Source: Macrostomum lignano (taxonomy: Eukaryota). From it: 64,000 bases of DNA. The position numbers and the translations under genes were made by a program. Below, one piece after another: positions 13,047 through 24,689 of this stretch (positions are counted from its first letter, which is position 1; every line of letters begins with the position of its first letter). The stretch is from the NCBI GenBank assembly GCA_002269645.1, contig NIVC01001422.1:62001-126000 (forward strand), read 5' to 3'. The notes under the pieces are model-generated. The model saw nothing but the letters and a program-made list of their open reading frames with translations, searched no databases and had not been told where the DNA came from.

Positions 13047-16000
13047 GACTGTCTGTCTGTCTGTCTGTCTCTATCTGTCTGTCGGTCGGTCGGTCAGTCT
13101 GAATGTCTGAGGTTCAATATTCTAGATGGCGCAGCTCTTTTCCGGCGCAGCTGATATGATTCATGCTCCATTCTCCCCCAGAAGGCAATAGCTGGCTAAG
13201 TGTCTGTTTAGCCGCATGCTAATTAGAGCATAGCGCCCACTCGCCTGTCCATGCAGGTGCTGCAAGAGTCCTCCCTCGTGGACGGCGCCACCATTGACCG
13301 GCCAGTGCTGAGCAGCTTCCAGTTCAGCGACGACGAATCCGTGCAGGCCGCAGTCCGCCTCGGGCCGCAGTCGCTTGTTGTCCGCCTGTCTGTCGACGGG
13401 AATCATTCGCGTCAATCCGTTGCCTTGACAACCGCACCTCCGGTTGCTCAGCCGCCTGACGATGTCCAGCAGCAGCAGTTGGCGCCGCATCAGCACGTGA
13501 CCGTGGGCCATCTGTCGCCTGGCGGCCAGCTTGTCGTCTGCGGCTCTCACGGTGGCCTCCTGGCGGCCAACAGCATCGGACTGCTGGATCTGGACCAACC
13601 GCCTTGGCAGCAAGCCGGAGCGGTGCACGCTCACAGCGCCTCTGTCGATTTCCTATTGCACACCGGCTGCGGCGACTCGTGCGGAGATAATCACGATGGC
13701 GATGGCGCTGAAGGAGGCAGCGGCGGCGGCTTCTTGACATTCAGCCGAAAGCAACAGTGCTTGCGAGCTTGGCAGCCGGGAGAAGCGCAGGCGTTGAGCC
13801 AGGCCGACTATAGGTAACTGTTAGCCGATATGTTTAGAAAACAGCTTTCTTAATAATGGTATAATTTCACACAGTTTAGCCATCAAAAATTGTTCATTTG
13901 ATCCGATATGTATCGAAATATTCAGGTTTGTATACATTGCGGGTGTGGATAGTTCCAAAGGATATTCAATCGTTACATGTCGGTATATTCAATAATGAGC
14001 CGATATCTATCGAAAATCATTGATTCTCGTGTTCCAGACGCCTGCTACCGTGCGTGCACGCCACAGCTTACTGCTTGGACTCAGAGCGGCGCCGGGTTCT
14101 CCTGTGCACCGGCGCCTGTCTCACTTTGCTGCCGCTGCGCCCAGGCCAGGCCGATCCGCAGGCCGGCGTGACTCGGCCTGAGCTGCTCCGTCTGACTGCG
14201 GCCTCGGATGACCCTACGTCATCGTCTGGAGGCGCCGACGATGAGCCGCCCGGCGATGGTCCTAAGTTCGACTCTGTCGACAGGCTGCGGCTGCTGCAGG
14301 CCGACCAGTACGCCGTGATGTCGGATTCTGAGTGGCTCTACGTATTGGAGATGGACAGCAAGCGGCTGGTGCAGCGGGTGGCTAAGCCGTTGCTGTGGGA
14401 GAAATTTCCCACAGATTCGGATCAAGCGGAAGCTATTGTGGCCGTTTTCAAGAAGCAGGTCTGCGCTGGTTCACTTTTGGGATCAAGTTTTTGAGGATCT
14501 TTGCGAGTTTAGGGATTTTTAAGTAGGGTTCTCATTTTTCGGAATCCCGGTTGTGGGGTTCTCAATTCTCATGTTTGGGGGTCATAGTTGTGGGGTTTTC
14601 ATGTTTGGGGGTCATACATGTAGTTGTGGGGTTCTCATGTTTGGGGGTCATAGTTGTGGAGTTCTCATGTTTGGGGATCATAGTTGTGGAGTTCTCATGT
14701 TTGGGGATCATAGTTGTGGAGTTCTCATGTTTGGGGATCATAGTTGTGGAGTTCTCATGTTTGGGGATCATAGTTGTGGGGTTCTCATGTTTCGAAATCC
14801 TGGTTGTGGGGTTCTCATCTTTGGGAGTCCCGTTTGTGGGATTCTCATGTTTGGGAGGCGGTTGTGGGGTTCTCATGTTTGGGAGTCCCGGTTGTGGGGT
14901 TCTCATGTTTGGGAATTCCGGTTGTGGGGTTCTCATGTTTTGGAATTCCGGTTGTGGGATTCTCATGTTTGGGAGTCCCGGTTGTGGGGTTCTCATGTTT
15001 GGGAGTCCCGGTTGTGGGGTTCTCATGTTTGGGAATTCCGGTTGTGGGGTTCTCATGTTTTGGAATTCCGGTTGTGGGATTCTCATGTTTGGGAGTCCCG
15101 GTTGTGGGGTTCTCATGTTTGGGAGTCCCGGTTGTGGGGTTCTCATGTTTTGGAATTCCGGTTGTGGGATTCTCATGTTTGGGAGTCCCGGTTGTGGGGT
15201 TCTCATGTTTGGGAGTCCCGGTTGTGGGGTTCTCATGTTTGGGAATTCCGGTTGTGGGGTTCTCATGTTTGGGAATTCCGGTTGTGGGGTTCTCATGTTT
15301 GGGAATTCCGGTTGTGGGGTTCTCATGTTTTGGAATTCCAGTTGTGGGGTTCTCATGTTTGGGAATTCCGGTTGTGGGGTTCTCATGTTTGGGAATTCCG
15401 GTTGTGGGGTTCTCATGTGTGGGAATTCCAGTTGTGGGGTTCTCATGTTTGGGAATTCCGGTTGTGGGGTTCTCATGTTTGGGAATTCCGGTTGTGGGGT
15501 TCTTTTACGTGATTATGATTCTGGTATTCATAAAAAGTGGGACGTCACATTCTTACTATGTGACCGTTCGGTGACCCTCAAAAAACAGTATGGTCACGTG
15601 AAAGACCATTTATTTAACGGTCACATCACGGTCACATTTGACAGTCACAGTGTGACATTTTCGACGGTCACCAAAAAACTTCCACTTATACTGGATGTAC
15701 AATATTTACATATAATAGAGTTGATATTTAATTATCACAGCATTATAAAGATTTCACACTTGCCCTCCTTTGGCCAGGTGAAGTCGGACAAATACCTGCA
15801 AGTGTCTCTACTCTCGGTGCCAAATCTGACTCCAATGCGAACAAAGACATGCCTGCCGCCGTTGATCGGCGGCGGCGGCGGCGGTCAGCGGCGCTGGCAG
15901 CTCACCGGCCTGAGAACCAGCGACAGCGGAGACACCTGCGTACTGGAGTACACGGTTGGCGGCACAGCCGGCGTCTCCGCCGACGCTAGCGAAAGCTCAC

Positions 16001-16582
16001 CGGCGGCGTCGGCCACCAAGCACCTGTTCGCCGTGAATTTCGCCTCGCCCGGCACCGAGCTGGTGGCCTGCGTTGCCTCGGACGCCGCCGCCGCAGGCGG
16101 ATTGGGCGGCAGGCGCCGGACTGTGGCCAGCCTGGACTCGAATCTGCCCGTGTACCCATTGGAGTCGCGAGGCATTCCTAGTTGGCAGCGTCGGCGACTG
16201 CCAGCTTTGGGACGTCACGGCCGGGGCCTGTCGGCTGCCCCGGATGCCCTACTTTCACACCTGGCTGAAGCATTCCACGTCGGTTAATGTTAACAGGCGG
16301 CAGGCCAAGGATCAGCTGGTGAAGTTTGAGTTCCTGCCAATTACAGCTATGGCTGTGAATGCGGACAGGACTAAGGTTTGATATTGCTCTGTTGCTTTGG
16401 ATTGTCTTTGAAATATACAGAGATCCGTGCCTGCATGTGGTGCGGCTTGTACTAATGGACAGATCACACTATGAAAAATGATAAAGACGCTGACATAAAA
16501 TAAATTATAAATTTCGATAAAAGTAGATTAGACTTTGAGATGGCGGACAGACAGACAGACAGACAGACAGGCTGGGAGACAT

Positions 16583-16629
<47 letters not shown>

Positions 16630-17264
16630 GGCTGGCTGGCAGACATACAGACAGACAGACAGGTAGACAAACAGACAGACAGACAGATACCAAAGCAGGC
16701 AATACAAATCAAGCACTCGACTTCAAATTCGCCCCATACCGTCAGGTGGCCACAGGCTGCGCCGCCGGCCACACCCTGGTGTGGGACTGGGCCCTCATCC
16801 AATCTCTGGGCGGCGCCGAGCCGGACGAACCGACGGCCCGTCAAATTCGCGTTCGAATGCGCGCCCGACACGACGGTCAAGTGGCCGCCCTGGCCATCGC
16901 CGAGGTGCCCGCCGGCGCCTCAACCGTCAAGTCGAATGCGATCGGCGACGTCGACAACAGCGTCGGTAGCGGCGGCCTGTTGGCTAGCGCCGGCGGCGAA
17001 GACCTGACGGTGGTGCTGCACTGCCTGACCAGCGGCCGCTGCCTGCACCGGGTGACCGTTCACCTGGCGCTGACCGAATTAGCCTTCGCCTCCGGCAATT
17101 CTCTTATCGGCTTCTCAGCTCCGACCTCCGACAGTGCTGGCGGCAGGCGGCTGATGTACTTTAGCGTGGCCAAATGGCTGGTCCCGGACTTTGATGCTGC
17201 TGCCTCTGCTGCTGCTACTCCTCGGACTCAACAGCAGCAGCAATCAGCAGAGCCAGCGGTTTGA
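2071..17264 (+). CDS. DUF4062 + NACHT NTPase + WD40-repeat protein (NWD1/NWD2/TEP1-like STAND protein), 14 exons, ~1930 aa; one net +1 frameshift in exon 13
   Basis: Exons with GT-AG and consistent phase: 2071-2269, 2728-3227, 3581-3758, 4682-5130, 5477-5708, 7048-7467, 7971-8316, 9006-9342, 11180-11798, 12513-12940, 13257-13813, 14038-14458, 15778-16375, 16746-17264. Motifs: VRLFLSSTFSDFRAERNYL, DMRWGV, FVALLGNRYG and RYLRSVTEAEV (DUF4062 region of NWD proteins); Walker A APSGHGKT; LRYVGTSP; Walker B LLLLLDSLDQ; GLSELELEDALS and WYHRLFREAA (post-NACHT helical region); WD-like CQLWDV and VATGCAAGHTLVWDW. Family call is from recalled motifs, no search run. Confidence 0.88.
2360..2680. repeat. 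16-bp minisatellite CCTTCCACCTGCATGT, NWD intron 1
   Basis: About 11 perfect copies with degenerate flanks. Confidence 0.95.
3300..3510. repeat. Degenerate ~35-bp tandem repeat (CCGATAAAATACCC core), NWD intron 2
   Basis: About 6 diverged copies. Confidence 0.8.
3787..4592. repeat. Composite 30-bp then 28-bp minisatellite, NWD intron 3
   Basis: AATCCCAGATCCTGAGACTGGGCCTTCTCT (to ~4030) switches to CCCAGATCCCCAGTTGCTGGGCCAGCCT. Confidence 0.95.
5245..5495 (+). repeat. Degenerate ~143-bp duplication spanning the intron 4 acceptor and the start of exon 5
   Basis: AAATGCTTCTAAAAATAGCAACCACTCA..AATCTTTCAG|GGGTCCCGAGTA (AG at 5332-5333) vs ..AATCTTCCAG|GTGTCTCGAGTA (AG at 5475-5476). Confidence 0.8.
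6320..6970. repeat. 15-bp minisatellite AGGAATCCCAATA(CC/AC), NWD intron 5
   Basis: Tandem copies with degenerate ends. Confidence 0.9.
7490..7860. repeat. (TCTG)n microsatellite, NWD intron 6
   Basis: Direct reading. Confidence 0.95.
8350..8935. repeat. 45-bp then 42-bp minisatellite, NWD intron 7
   Basis: GAGAGATCTCAATAATTCTCAACCCATTCTGAGTTCCCATGGTTT loses one AAT halfway along. Confidence 0.95.
9383..10968. mobile_element. Related hAT-like non-autonomous element in NWD intron 8, enclosing a 20/40-bp minisatellite
   Basis: TIRs GAGGCACCGCGGAAC (9383-9397) and reverse complement CAGGCACCGCGGAAC (10954-10968), 14/15 match; left end laid out like the 55.6-kb element (GGAAC..GTGGGG..TGACAG). 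No TSD retained. Confidence 0.6.
9490..10740. repeat. 20-bp minisatellite organised as a 40-bp dimer, NWD intron 8
   Basis: Alternating GAGATTTTAGCGTCGTATGT and GAGATTTTAG(C/T)GCCGCAG(GT/GA). Confidence 0.95.
11955..12400. repeat. 21-bp minisatellite CCAGGCCGGTTGCTATGCCCT, NWD intron 9
   Basis: About 21 copies. Confidence 0.95.
12950..13100. repeat. (TCTG)n microsatellite, NWD intron 10
   Basis: Direct reading. Confidence 0.9.
14520..15500. repeat. 30-bp minisatellite GGTTGTGGGGTTCTCATGTTTGGGAATTCC, NWD intron 12
   Basis: About 30 copies, two sub-variants. Confidence 0.95.
16545..16690. repeat. (CAGA)n microsatellite, NWD intron 13
   Basis: Direct reading. Confidence 0.9.
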
Positions 17265-17399
17265 GCTTCATGAGTGCTTTTCATGCTCAAATGTTGAATT
17301 GACTTGGTTGTACGAGCTTAGTATCTGGGGGAGGGGGTTTCTCAGACTATTAGGTCACTTTCTGGCTTTTCCACCTGGGGTATTTCTGGGGGTTTATAC

Positions 17400-17960
17400 C
17401 TAATTGTTGTGCTGTGGATATTTATACCTAGTTGGTGTGTCTGTGGTATTTATACCTAGATGGTGTGTCTGTGGGTATTTATACCTAGTTGGTGTGTCTG
17501 TGGGTATTTATACCTAGATGGTGTATCCGTGGGTATTTATACCTAGATGGTGTATCCGTGGGTATTTATACCTAGATGGTGTATCAGTGGGTATTTATAC
17601 TTAGATGGTGTGTCTGTGGGTATTTATACCTAGTTGGTGTGTCTGTGGGTATTTATACCTAATTGTTGTGTCTGTGGGTATTTATACCTAGTTCGTATTT
17701 CTGTGGGTATTTATACCTAGATGGTGTCTGGTTTTATACCTAGATAGTGTCGGTGGGTATTTATACCTAGTTGGTGTGTCTGTGGGTATTTATACCTAGT
17801 TGGTGTGTCTGTGGGTATTTATACCTAGATGGTGTGTCTGTGGGTATTTATACCTAGTTGGTGTGTCTGTTGGTATTTATACCTAGATGGTGTGTCTGTG
17901 GGTATTTATACCTAGTTGGTGTGTCTGTGGGTATTTATACCTGGGTATGTCTGGGTATTT
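17400..17960. repeat. 29-bp minisatellite GTGGGTATTTATACCTAG(A/T)TGGTGTGTCT
   Basis: Period 29 (17761 vs 17790). Confidence 0.95.
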
Positions 17961-19074
17961 TATCTAATTAGGTATTTACACTTCAAGCTACATGTCTGCG
18001 GGTATTTAATCTACTAAAATTTTGATTTCGCATTCAGTCAGTCGGTGTGTCTGTCAGTGGTTATTATTACGAGCAATTTTCAAGGCTGTGACTTTTTTTA
18101 CGTCAAAAAGTTTTTTATCTTTTTTTCTTGAAGTTCAGGTCTATCTGTTTAACCAATCAATCAGTGTTGTGTGTTTTCAAGTTGCCAGCTGCAGGAGCCT
18201 TGCCTTATTATAGTTTTATTAATAGTTAATTGAGTAGGATGTAGCCTGCAGAGAGGCTGCGCTTAAAGTACACGATAAATTTTATTTTAATTTGGAGCTT
18301 CAAAACTGATTCTGTCCTTTGAGACTTGTGAGTAGGGTTTGTTTTTATTCTAAGATGTAGACTCGGTTTTCCCTAGTGTATGCTTTTAACCGGATGCTGT
18401 AACCGTTAAAAACGATACCGTGACAAGAATGAGAACGAGAACGACTCACTAAGGGACTCTTGTGACTTTTTAACTAATGCTACTGAGAGAGGCGACTGTT
18501 GCGTCACAAGCGCGTCATGTGAGTTGCAGAATCGAATGTGACAATGAAACCGTCTCAAATTGACTCTTAGGCGATTCCTGTGACGAATTTTTGCCGTGAC
18601 ATCTTGTCGTTTTAGAGTCGTCTAGAGTCGCTTCTTTCCTGTTTTAACTGTGTTACAACTCGCAAACGACTTTGGAACACTTCTTGGCCTGGGTACCGTG
18701 TTCATCGGGTGGCACTGGTTATTAGCATGTTAGATAGATATAGACTATTTGTTACGAGTATTAAAAACTGTCCACTGCTAAAAATTGTTTAGCTTCTCGC
18801 TTGAGCAGTTTGTCGTTCCTTATTTCCAAATATAGCTTTTGTAGTTAGTATACTAATATAAATGAGTTGTAATTTCTAATTTTTCTCTCTGTGATATTTT
18901 TATATCTATTATTGACACTTTTTTACACGCCGGCACAGTCGGATTTATGGCTTAGATTAAAGATTCTTGGAATAAAAGAGCTATTATGAATTTCTTTATA
19001 AGCTACTTGCATTCTTGTCTCTATTTTATTTGTTTGTTTAACTGTAACAGATTCGAATCCCGCTAATTCAGTAA

Positions 19075-19445
19075 AATGAGATTTTGAATTCTTGTCAAAT
19101 CAGTAGGGTGAGGTTTTGAGTCCTTGTCAAATCAGTAGGGTGAGATTTTGAGTCAGTCCTTTTCTAAATCAGTAGAGTGAGATTTTGAGTTCTTGTAAAA
19201 TCAGTAGGGTGAGATTTTGAGTTCTTGTAAAATCAGTAGGGTGAGATTTTGAGTCCTTCTCAAATCAGTAGGGTGAGATTTTGAGTTCTTGTAAAATCAG
19301 TAGGGTGAGATTTTGAGTCCTTCTCAAATCAGTAGGGTGAGATTTTGAGTTCTTGTAAAATCAGTAGGGTGAGGTTTTGAGTTCTTGTCAAATCAGTAGG
19401 GTGAGATTTTGAGTTCTTGTCAAATAAGTAGGGTGACATTATGAG
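19075..19445. repeat. 32-bp minisatellite AAAATCAGTAGGGTGAGATTTTGAGTTCTTGT
   Basis: Period 32 (19201 vs 19233). Confidence 0.95.
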
Positions 19446-20134
19446 TTCGTTTATAACTTGGCAGCTTAATCCAACCCAGCTATTACTCTCCACTCTCTCC
19501 TCACCAGCCTAGGCTAGGGCCTTGTGGACACAAATTGCAACACCCCCACACTTTGGACGAGAACCGCGGGTTGTAGTGTAAATTATGTCATTTGCGGTCG
19601 ATCACTGGTTCCGGAGTGAAAACTTTTGACATGTTACTGAGTGTGCTTTTCTTAGAAGGTCAGGGCGTTGGCTGATTCGTCATTAGCTCAGTAGTATATA
19701 TTGCATATCTACTCTTATACTAAGCTAAGAAGGCGAAGAAAACTAACGTTGCTAGAACGTACTCGTTGCACAGTCCGACCCGTCCACTGCCCCCTGTCCC
19801 CCAGTGTACCCCCAGCCCGCTGACGCACTTTGCTTGGAGTGGAATGGAAGGAGAAATGACAAGAGAGAGGGGGAGAGAGAATGAGTCAGTCCGTCAGTAG
19901 CGACCAATTATGCATATGGCCAAGTGACGCTGAGGTCTAAAAATAGACTGCAAAACCGAAATGCAGTACATTTCTGCTTATCTAGATAAAGCAGAAGCTT
20001 TACCAAGCTGTGCATATAAATTCAGTCATTAGTTTTCTACTCTTGTTATTGATGCAAGCGGAGCGTCACTTATTTTAACTTCGGATCTGATATTAAAGAA
20101 TCGAACCAGCTAACCAGATCAACAACTATTAGCC

Positions 20135-21511
20135 ATGTCTCTGTACCCGTCTCTGGAGGACTACAAAGTGGACTCGATGGCCAGGGCCCAGGCCCAGCAG
20201 GCTCACCAGCAGCAGGCGGTCACTGCTGCCGCTAGCACCGGCCAGGTGGCCCTGTATCCCAGCCTAAACCAGTACATGGGTCTGGACGTGTCGCAGTGGG
20301 CCGCCGCTCACGGCAGTCTGGAGGTCAGATGCTTGCTTTTTGCTTTGCTTTATTATAACTGTAAATACGAGCGTATGTTAGATCTGTAGGATTGGCAGTT
20401 AAATCTACGAGCTTCCCAGTTAGACCTGTGAGATTCCCAGTTAGATTTGTGAGATTCCCAGTTAGATCAATGAGATTTCTCAGTTAGATCAATGAGATTC
20501 CAGTTAGATCAAATGAGATTCCCAGTTGGATCTGAATTTCCAGTTAGATCTGTGAGATTTCCTGTTAGCTCTTTGAGATTCCCAGTTAGATCTGTGAGAT
20601 TCCTGGTTAGATATGCGAGATTCCCAGTTAGACCTGCGAGATTCCCACTTAGATCGGTGATATTCCCACTTAGATCTGTGAGATTCCCAGTTAGACCTGC
20701 GAGATTCCCACTTAGATCGGTGATATTCCCACTTAGATCTGTGAGATTCCCAGTTCAATCTGTGAGATTCCTAGGTTATATCTGTTAGGCATACGGCTAT
20801 ATTTCATCACCCATACCACAGCTTCACCCAAAGCGCACCCCAATAACTCCGTAGGTCCGCCACGCCGGCTCCGGCCACGCTCAGATCGCGCCGGTCACTC
20901 AGCAGAGCGTCGGCCTTCGCCGCGCCGAGATCCGTCAGGGCCTTCGCCCGGTGACGCTGTGCAAAGGCGCCGACGGCAAGCTCGGCGTCCGTGTCAAGGC
21001 CATCAGCCAGGGCCTGTTCGTGGCCATGGTGTACCGCGGCAGCCCGGCCGCCCTAGCCGGACTCCGCTTCGGCGATCAGATTGTCGAGGTCAACGGCGAA
21101 GCCGTCGCCGGCTGGAGCGCCGACCGCGCCGCCAAGGCCTTCAAAGGCTGCCCGGTGAACGGCATCCAGTTGATGGTGCGCGACCGGCCATTCGAGCGCA
21201 CCGTCACGGTGCACAAGGACTCCGTTGGCCACGTCGGCTTCGTCATCAAGGACGCCGCCATCACGGCTCTGGTGGCCGACAGCTCCGCCGCCCGCAACGG
21301 CCTCCTGACCGATCATCACATTGTCGAAGTCAACGGGCAGAATGTTGTCGGCATGAAGGACGACCAGATCGCCGAACTGATGAAGAAGTCGGAGCGCACT
21401 GTGACGGTCACTGTGATGCCGACATTCGTGTACAAGCACATTGTGAGCTGCATGGGCAAGAGCCTGGTGCGCAAGTGGATGGATCACTCCATTGTCGATG
21501 AGGACTTCTGA
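20135..21511 (+). CDS. SDCBP: Syntenin (syndecan-binding protein, tandem PDZ), 2 exons, 281 aa
   Basis: Exons 20135-20323 and 20855-21511, phase 0. MSLYPSLED N-terminus, APVT..GLRRAEIRQG, SPAALAGLRFGDQI, RDRPFERTVTVHKDSVGHVGF, SSAARNGLLTDH and MDHSI closely follow syntenin-1. Confidence 0.96.
20395..20780. repeat. 21-bp minisatellite GTTAGATCTGTGAGATTCCCA, syntenin intron
   Basis: Direct reading. Confidence 0.9.
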
Positions 21512-23139
21512 GCGGCGCCTTGAGGAGTGATGAGTTTTTTTTTGACTGGCAACAGCACTGAGCACTCTCTGTTAATATTAATAATTATTTTATTATATTA
21601 GTAATGCCTGATGGCTCAGCAAAACGAAAACTTTTTTTCCTATAAAAACAATTATAGAGGGCCGGAGAAGTATATCCTTTTTAAAGCTTTTTTTGCTGAG
21701 CTGGGCAAATATCGCGCGCTTTTTGTCACTTATTATTATTATTATTCGACTTCAATTAAAATGACGCTAAAAATATATATAATAATTTTAGTTATTATCA
21801 ATGTCATACGCAAGAGAACTCCGTCATTATCGTATTTCATTATATAAATGAAACCGCTTTGATTGATGGATCGATTCGTTAAATATTTTTTTACTGATAA
21901 TACTACTCATAATAATGATGTTACGCAATCATTCTGTCTGTACATCCTTAACATTATTCATATTATTGTCGCCTCTCTCTTTAAAAATAATCAACACTAC
22001 TAATATTATTAAATATTAATGTCGCGCATTTTCTCTTTGACCTCAATTGACCCCTCCCCCTCCTATAAGTAGGATTTTATATTATGCAGAACATATTGGT
22101 TTATTATTGTGCGATGAAAATATAAGCATAAATGTTGCAGAGTTTTTGATACCGACCGTTGGATAAAGTGTTGCCGGCTTGTCTTCAATCTGTGTCAGGA
22201 ATTGCTATATTGCCCTTTTTCTAAGGCAGATCTAACAGATACTATAATAACTATATGGGCCACTCAGGCATATATACTTGGCAAAATTGCTTTCTACTTT
22301 CAGTTCAGTAGCAAAGAAGAATGCATAAGCTATTTTATAAGAATAAAGGCAGCTGAGATGACTTTGATAAGTTTAGAAGCCCAAGCTTGCAGACGTAAAC
22401 AGCTTGCTAATTGGTTCAGCCATAATGTACATTAGCCACTGAAATGTACGAGGCAGATTTAGGCCGGAACAATCAAAGAAGGTAATAAAATTAGGTCGCG
22501 GGCCGGGGGTAGAGGTTCTATGAGGAGTTTGAGGGTTTAATAGCTTGGGAAGGGTTAAGCCAATAAAAAAGCTGTCTTTAAAAATACATTAGAATGTTTC
22601 TGTTTACCTTACTACTGAACTGAAAGTAGCTCGCACGCAAATGTGCTGAGTGGCCTATCTAGTTGTTCTAGTATCCGTGGGCAGATCTTATAAACAATGG
22701 GCTGTTTTTGTAATCGGAATATTTAATATACGACAACCCTGCACCCCCTCAGCCACTATTCATCCGCGTCAATGCAGATTCTATATCAACATAATTATCA
22801 AAAAATATTCTGTTATTAGCGGGATAGAATATTCTCATAAGCCATTCGATGCGCTTAATAATATAGGGACTGTGTGGGATATAGATCCCATGCAAAGCAC
22901 TGCTTCTTAAATTTTCTTCTCAAGTTTAAATTTTTTGTTTGGCTTTTCTCGTGTTGTTTTTTTTAAACAGATTTTTCTGCTCCGGATTCGCACTCGGTGT
23001 TTGAGGTTTTTTCGTTATTTTTGCGTCGCACTACTATTAGTAGATTGCTGAGTGAAATATATTGTCCATTGCTTTCAATTATGGTTTCTGTAGCCGCATC
23101 CAAAGCGTGTAGGAGCTAGGACTAGAATTTTCGTGGATT

Positions 23140-23440
23140 TCCATTGTTGGTCAAGGAGAATGCCGTTGCTATAAGAAATTCATTGTTGATCAGGGGAATT
23201 CCCGTTGCTATGGGGTATCCATTGTGGGTCAGGGGAATTCCCATTGTTATGGGGTATCCATTGTGGGTCAGGGGAATTCCCGTTGCTATGGGGAATCCAT
23301 TGTTGGTCAGGGGAATCCCCGTTGCTATTTAGAATCCATTGTTGGTCAAGTAAAATCCTGTTGCTTTAAGGATTCCATTGTTCTCAGAGGAATTCCCGTT
23401 GCTATGGGGAATCCATTGTTGGTCAGAGGAATCCATTGTT
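23140..23440. repeat. 39-bp minisatellite GGTCAGGGGAATTCCCGTTGCTATGGGGAATCCATTGTT
   Basis: About 7 copies. Confidence 0.9.
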
Positions 23441-23929
23441 GCTCTAAGCGACTTGGCTGCGGCTATCATTCTGCAAAAGTGAATCAATTCTAAATACAAA
23501 TTTTTTATCCGCCATAATTTTGCTCGTTGTTGATCAGAGGAAAATTTGTTTTACTTGTCGATGGATTTTATTTTTATCCGCCAGCCTACTGACTGCTTCA
23601 TCTTGCTATAGTTATCCAGCGAGCACCTTTCTCGCCGACAACTTTTGCAAGTAGCTTCGGCATTAGCAACCTTGTTTACTCCAGAAATTTAAGAGAATTA
23701 TAAACTCGTTTTTTAAGTTTAAAGCGAATTTTCTTTTGTGTTTAACAAAATCGCTTTGATAACCACCAATACTTTGTGGCATATTATTTAATACACAGCC
23801 AGCGAACGGCTTCAAATTCCTCAATGTTAAACTGAGGATTATTATGTTTCATTACTATATATGGTCTGTTGATGTGGCCTCCGACTTCCTGCGTTTGTAT
23901 GTCGTTTCTTTTGTAACTTAAATAGCTTT

Positions 23930-24285
23930 TGTATCTACCGATATGTGTTTTAGTTTAATTTGGTTTGGATAGTTTAGAGATCTACCGAGATGTATTGTAG
24001 TTTATTTTTTGGATAGTTTAAACCGAGATGTATTGTAGTTTAATTTTTGGATAGTTTAAACCGATATGCGTTTTAGTTTAATTCGGTTAAGATAGTTTAG
24101 AGATCTACCGATATGTATTGTAGTTTAATTTGGTTTGAATAGTTTAGAAATCTACCGATATGTATTGCAGTTTAATTTGGTTTGAATAGTTTAGAAATCT
24201 ACCGATATGTATTGCAGTTTAATTTGGTTTGAATAGTTTAGAGATCTACCGATATGTATTGCAGTTTAATTTGGTTTGGATAGTT
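23930..24285. repeat. 47-bp AT-rich minisatellite with CTACCGATATGTATTG core
   Basis: Period 47 (24124 vs 24171). Confidence 0.9.
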
Positions 24286-24689
24286 AGGATCCACAAACGC
24301 GTACCTAGCGATGCAAATTAAGAAATCAACTCCCAAAGAATCACTACCGAAAATAGTTATCGCCTTTTTACGAGTTGTTTATCTCGATGGGGTGGACCAG
24401 GGTGAAAAGTTTCCAACGGAAGTATAATTTCTACATAAAAAGGTTTTCGATTCCTACCTAAGATTGACGGGAGAGGGCATTAACGAAGCTTTAAAATTCG
24501 CAACATTCATGAGCAGTTTATTGATTTTCAGATTATTTTATCGCAATTTTGCTGGCATTTATCTTTGTTGATTTGGAATCGTTGCCTGTGTGCTTCTGGA
24601 GAGCCAACTAAAGCCTAGGAGGGAGAGCTGATTTAAAGACGAGTGCTAGCTGTAGGACTGGAGTGCTAACTTACTGATGCTCTAGCGTT

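Noticed and set aside
14551-15777. N-terminal part of the 578-aa ORF
   Set aside because: Frame read through the intron 12 array; coding sequence starts at the acceptor at 15778.
18400-18660. GACTC/GAGTC and GTGAC-rich patch (similar patch at 15540-15680) suggesting a MITE
   Set aside because: No clear TIR pair or TSD found by eye.
20131-20137. AGnnATG before several starts (2071, 20135, 57272) as trans-splice acceptors
   Set aside because: Equally explained by start-codon context; no spliced-leader evidence is obtainable from genomic DNA.
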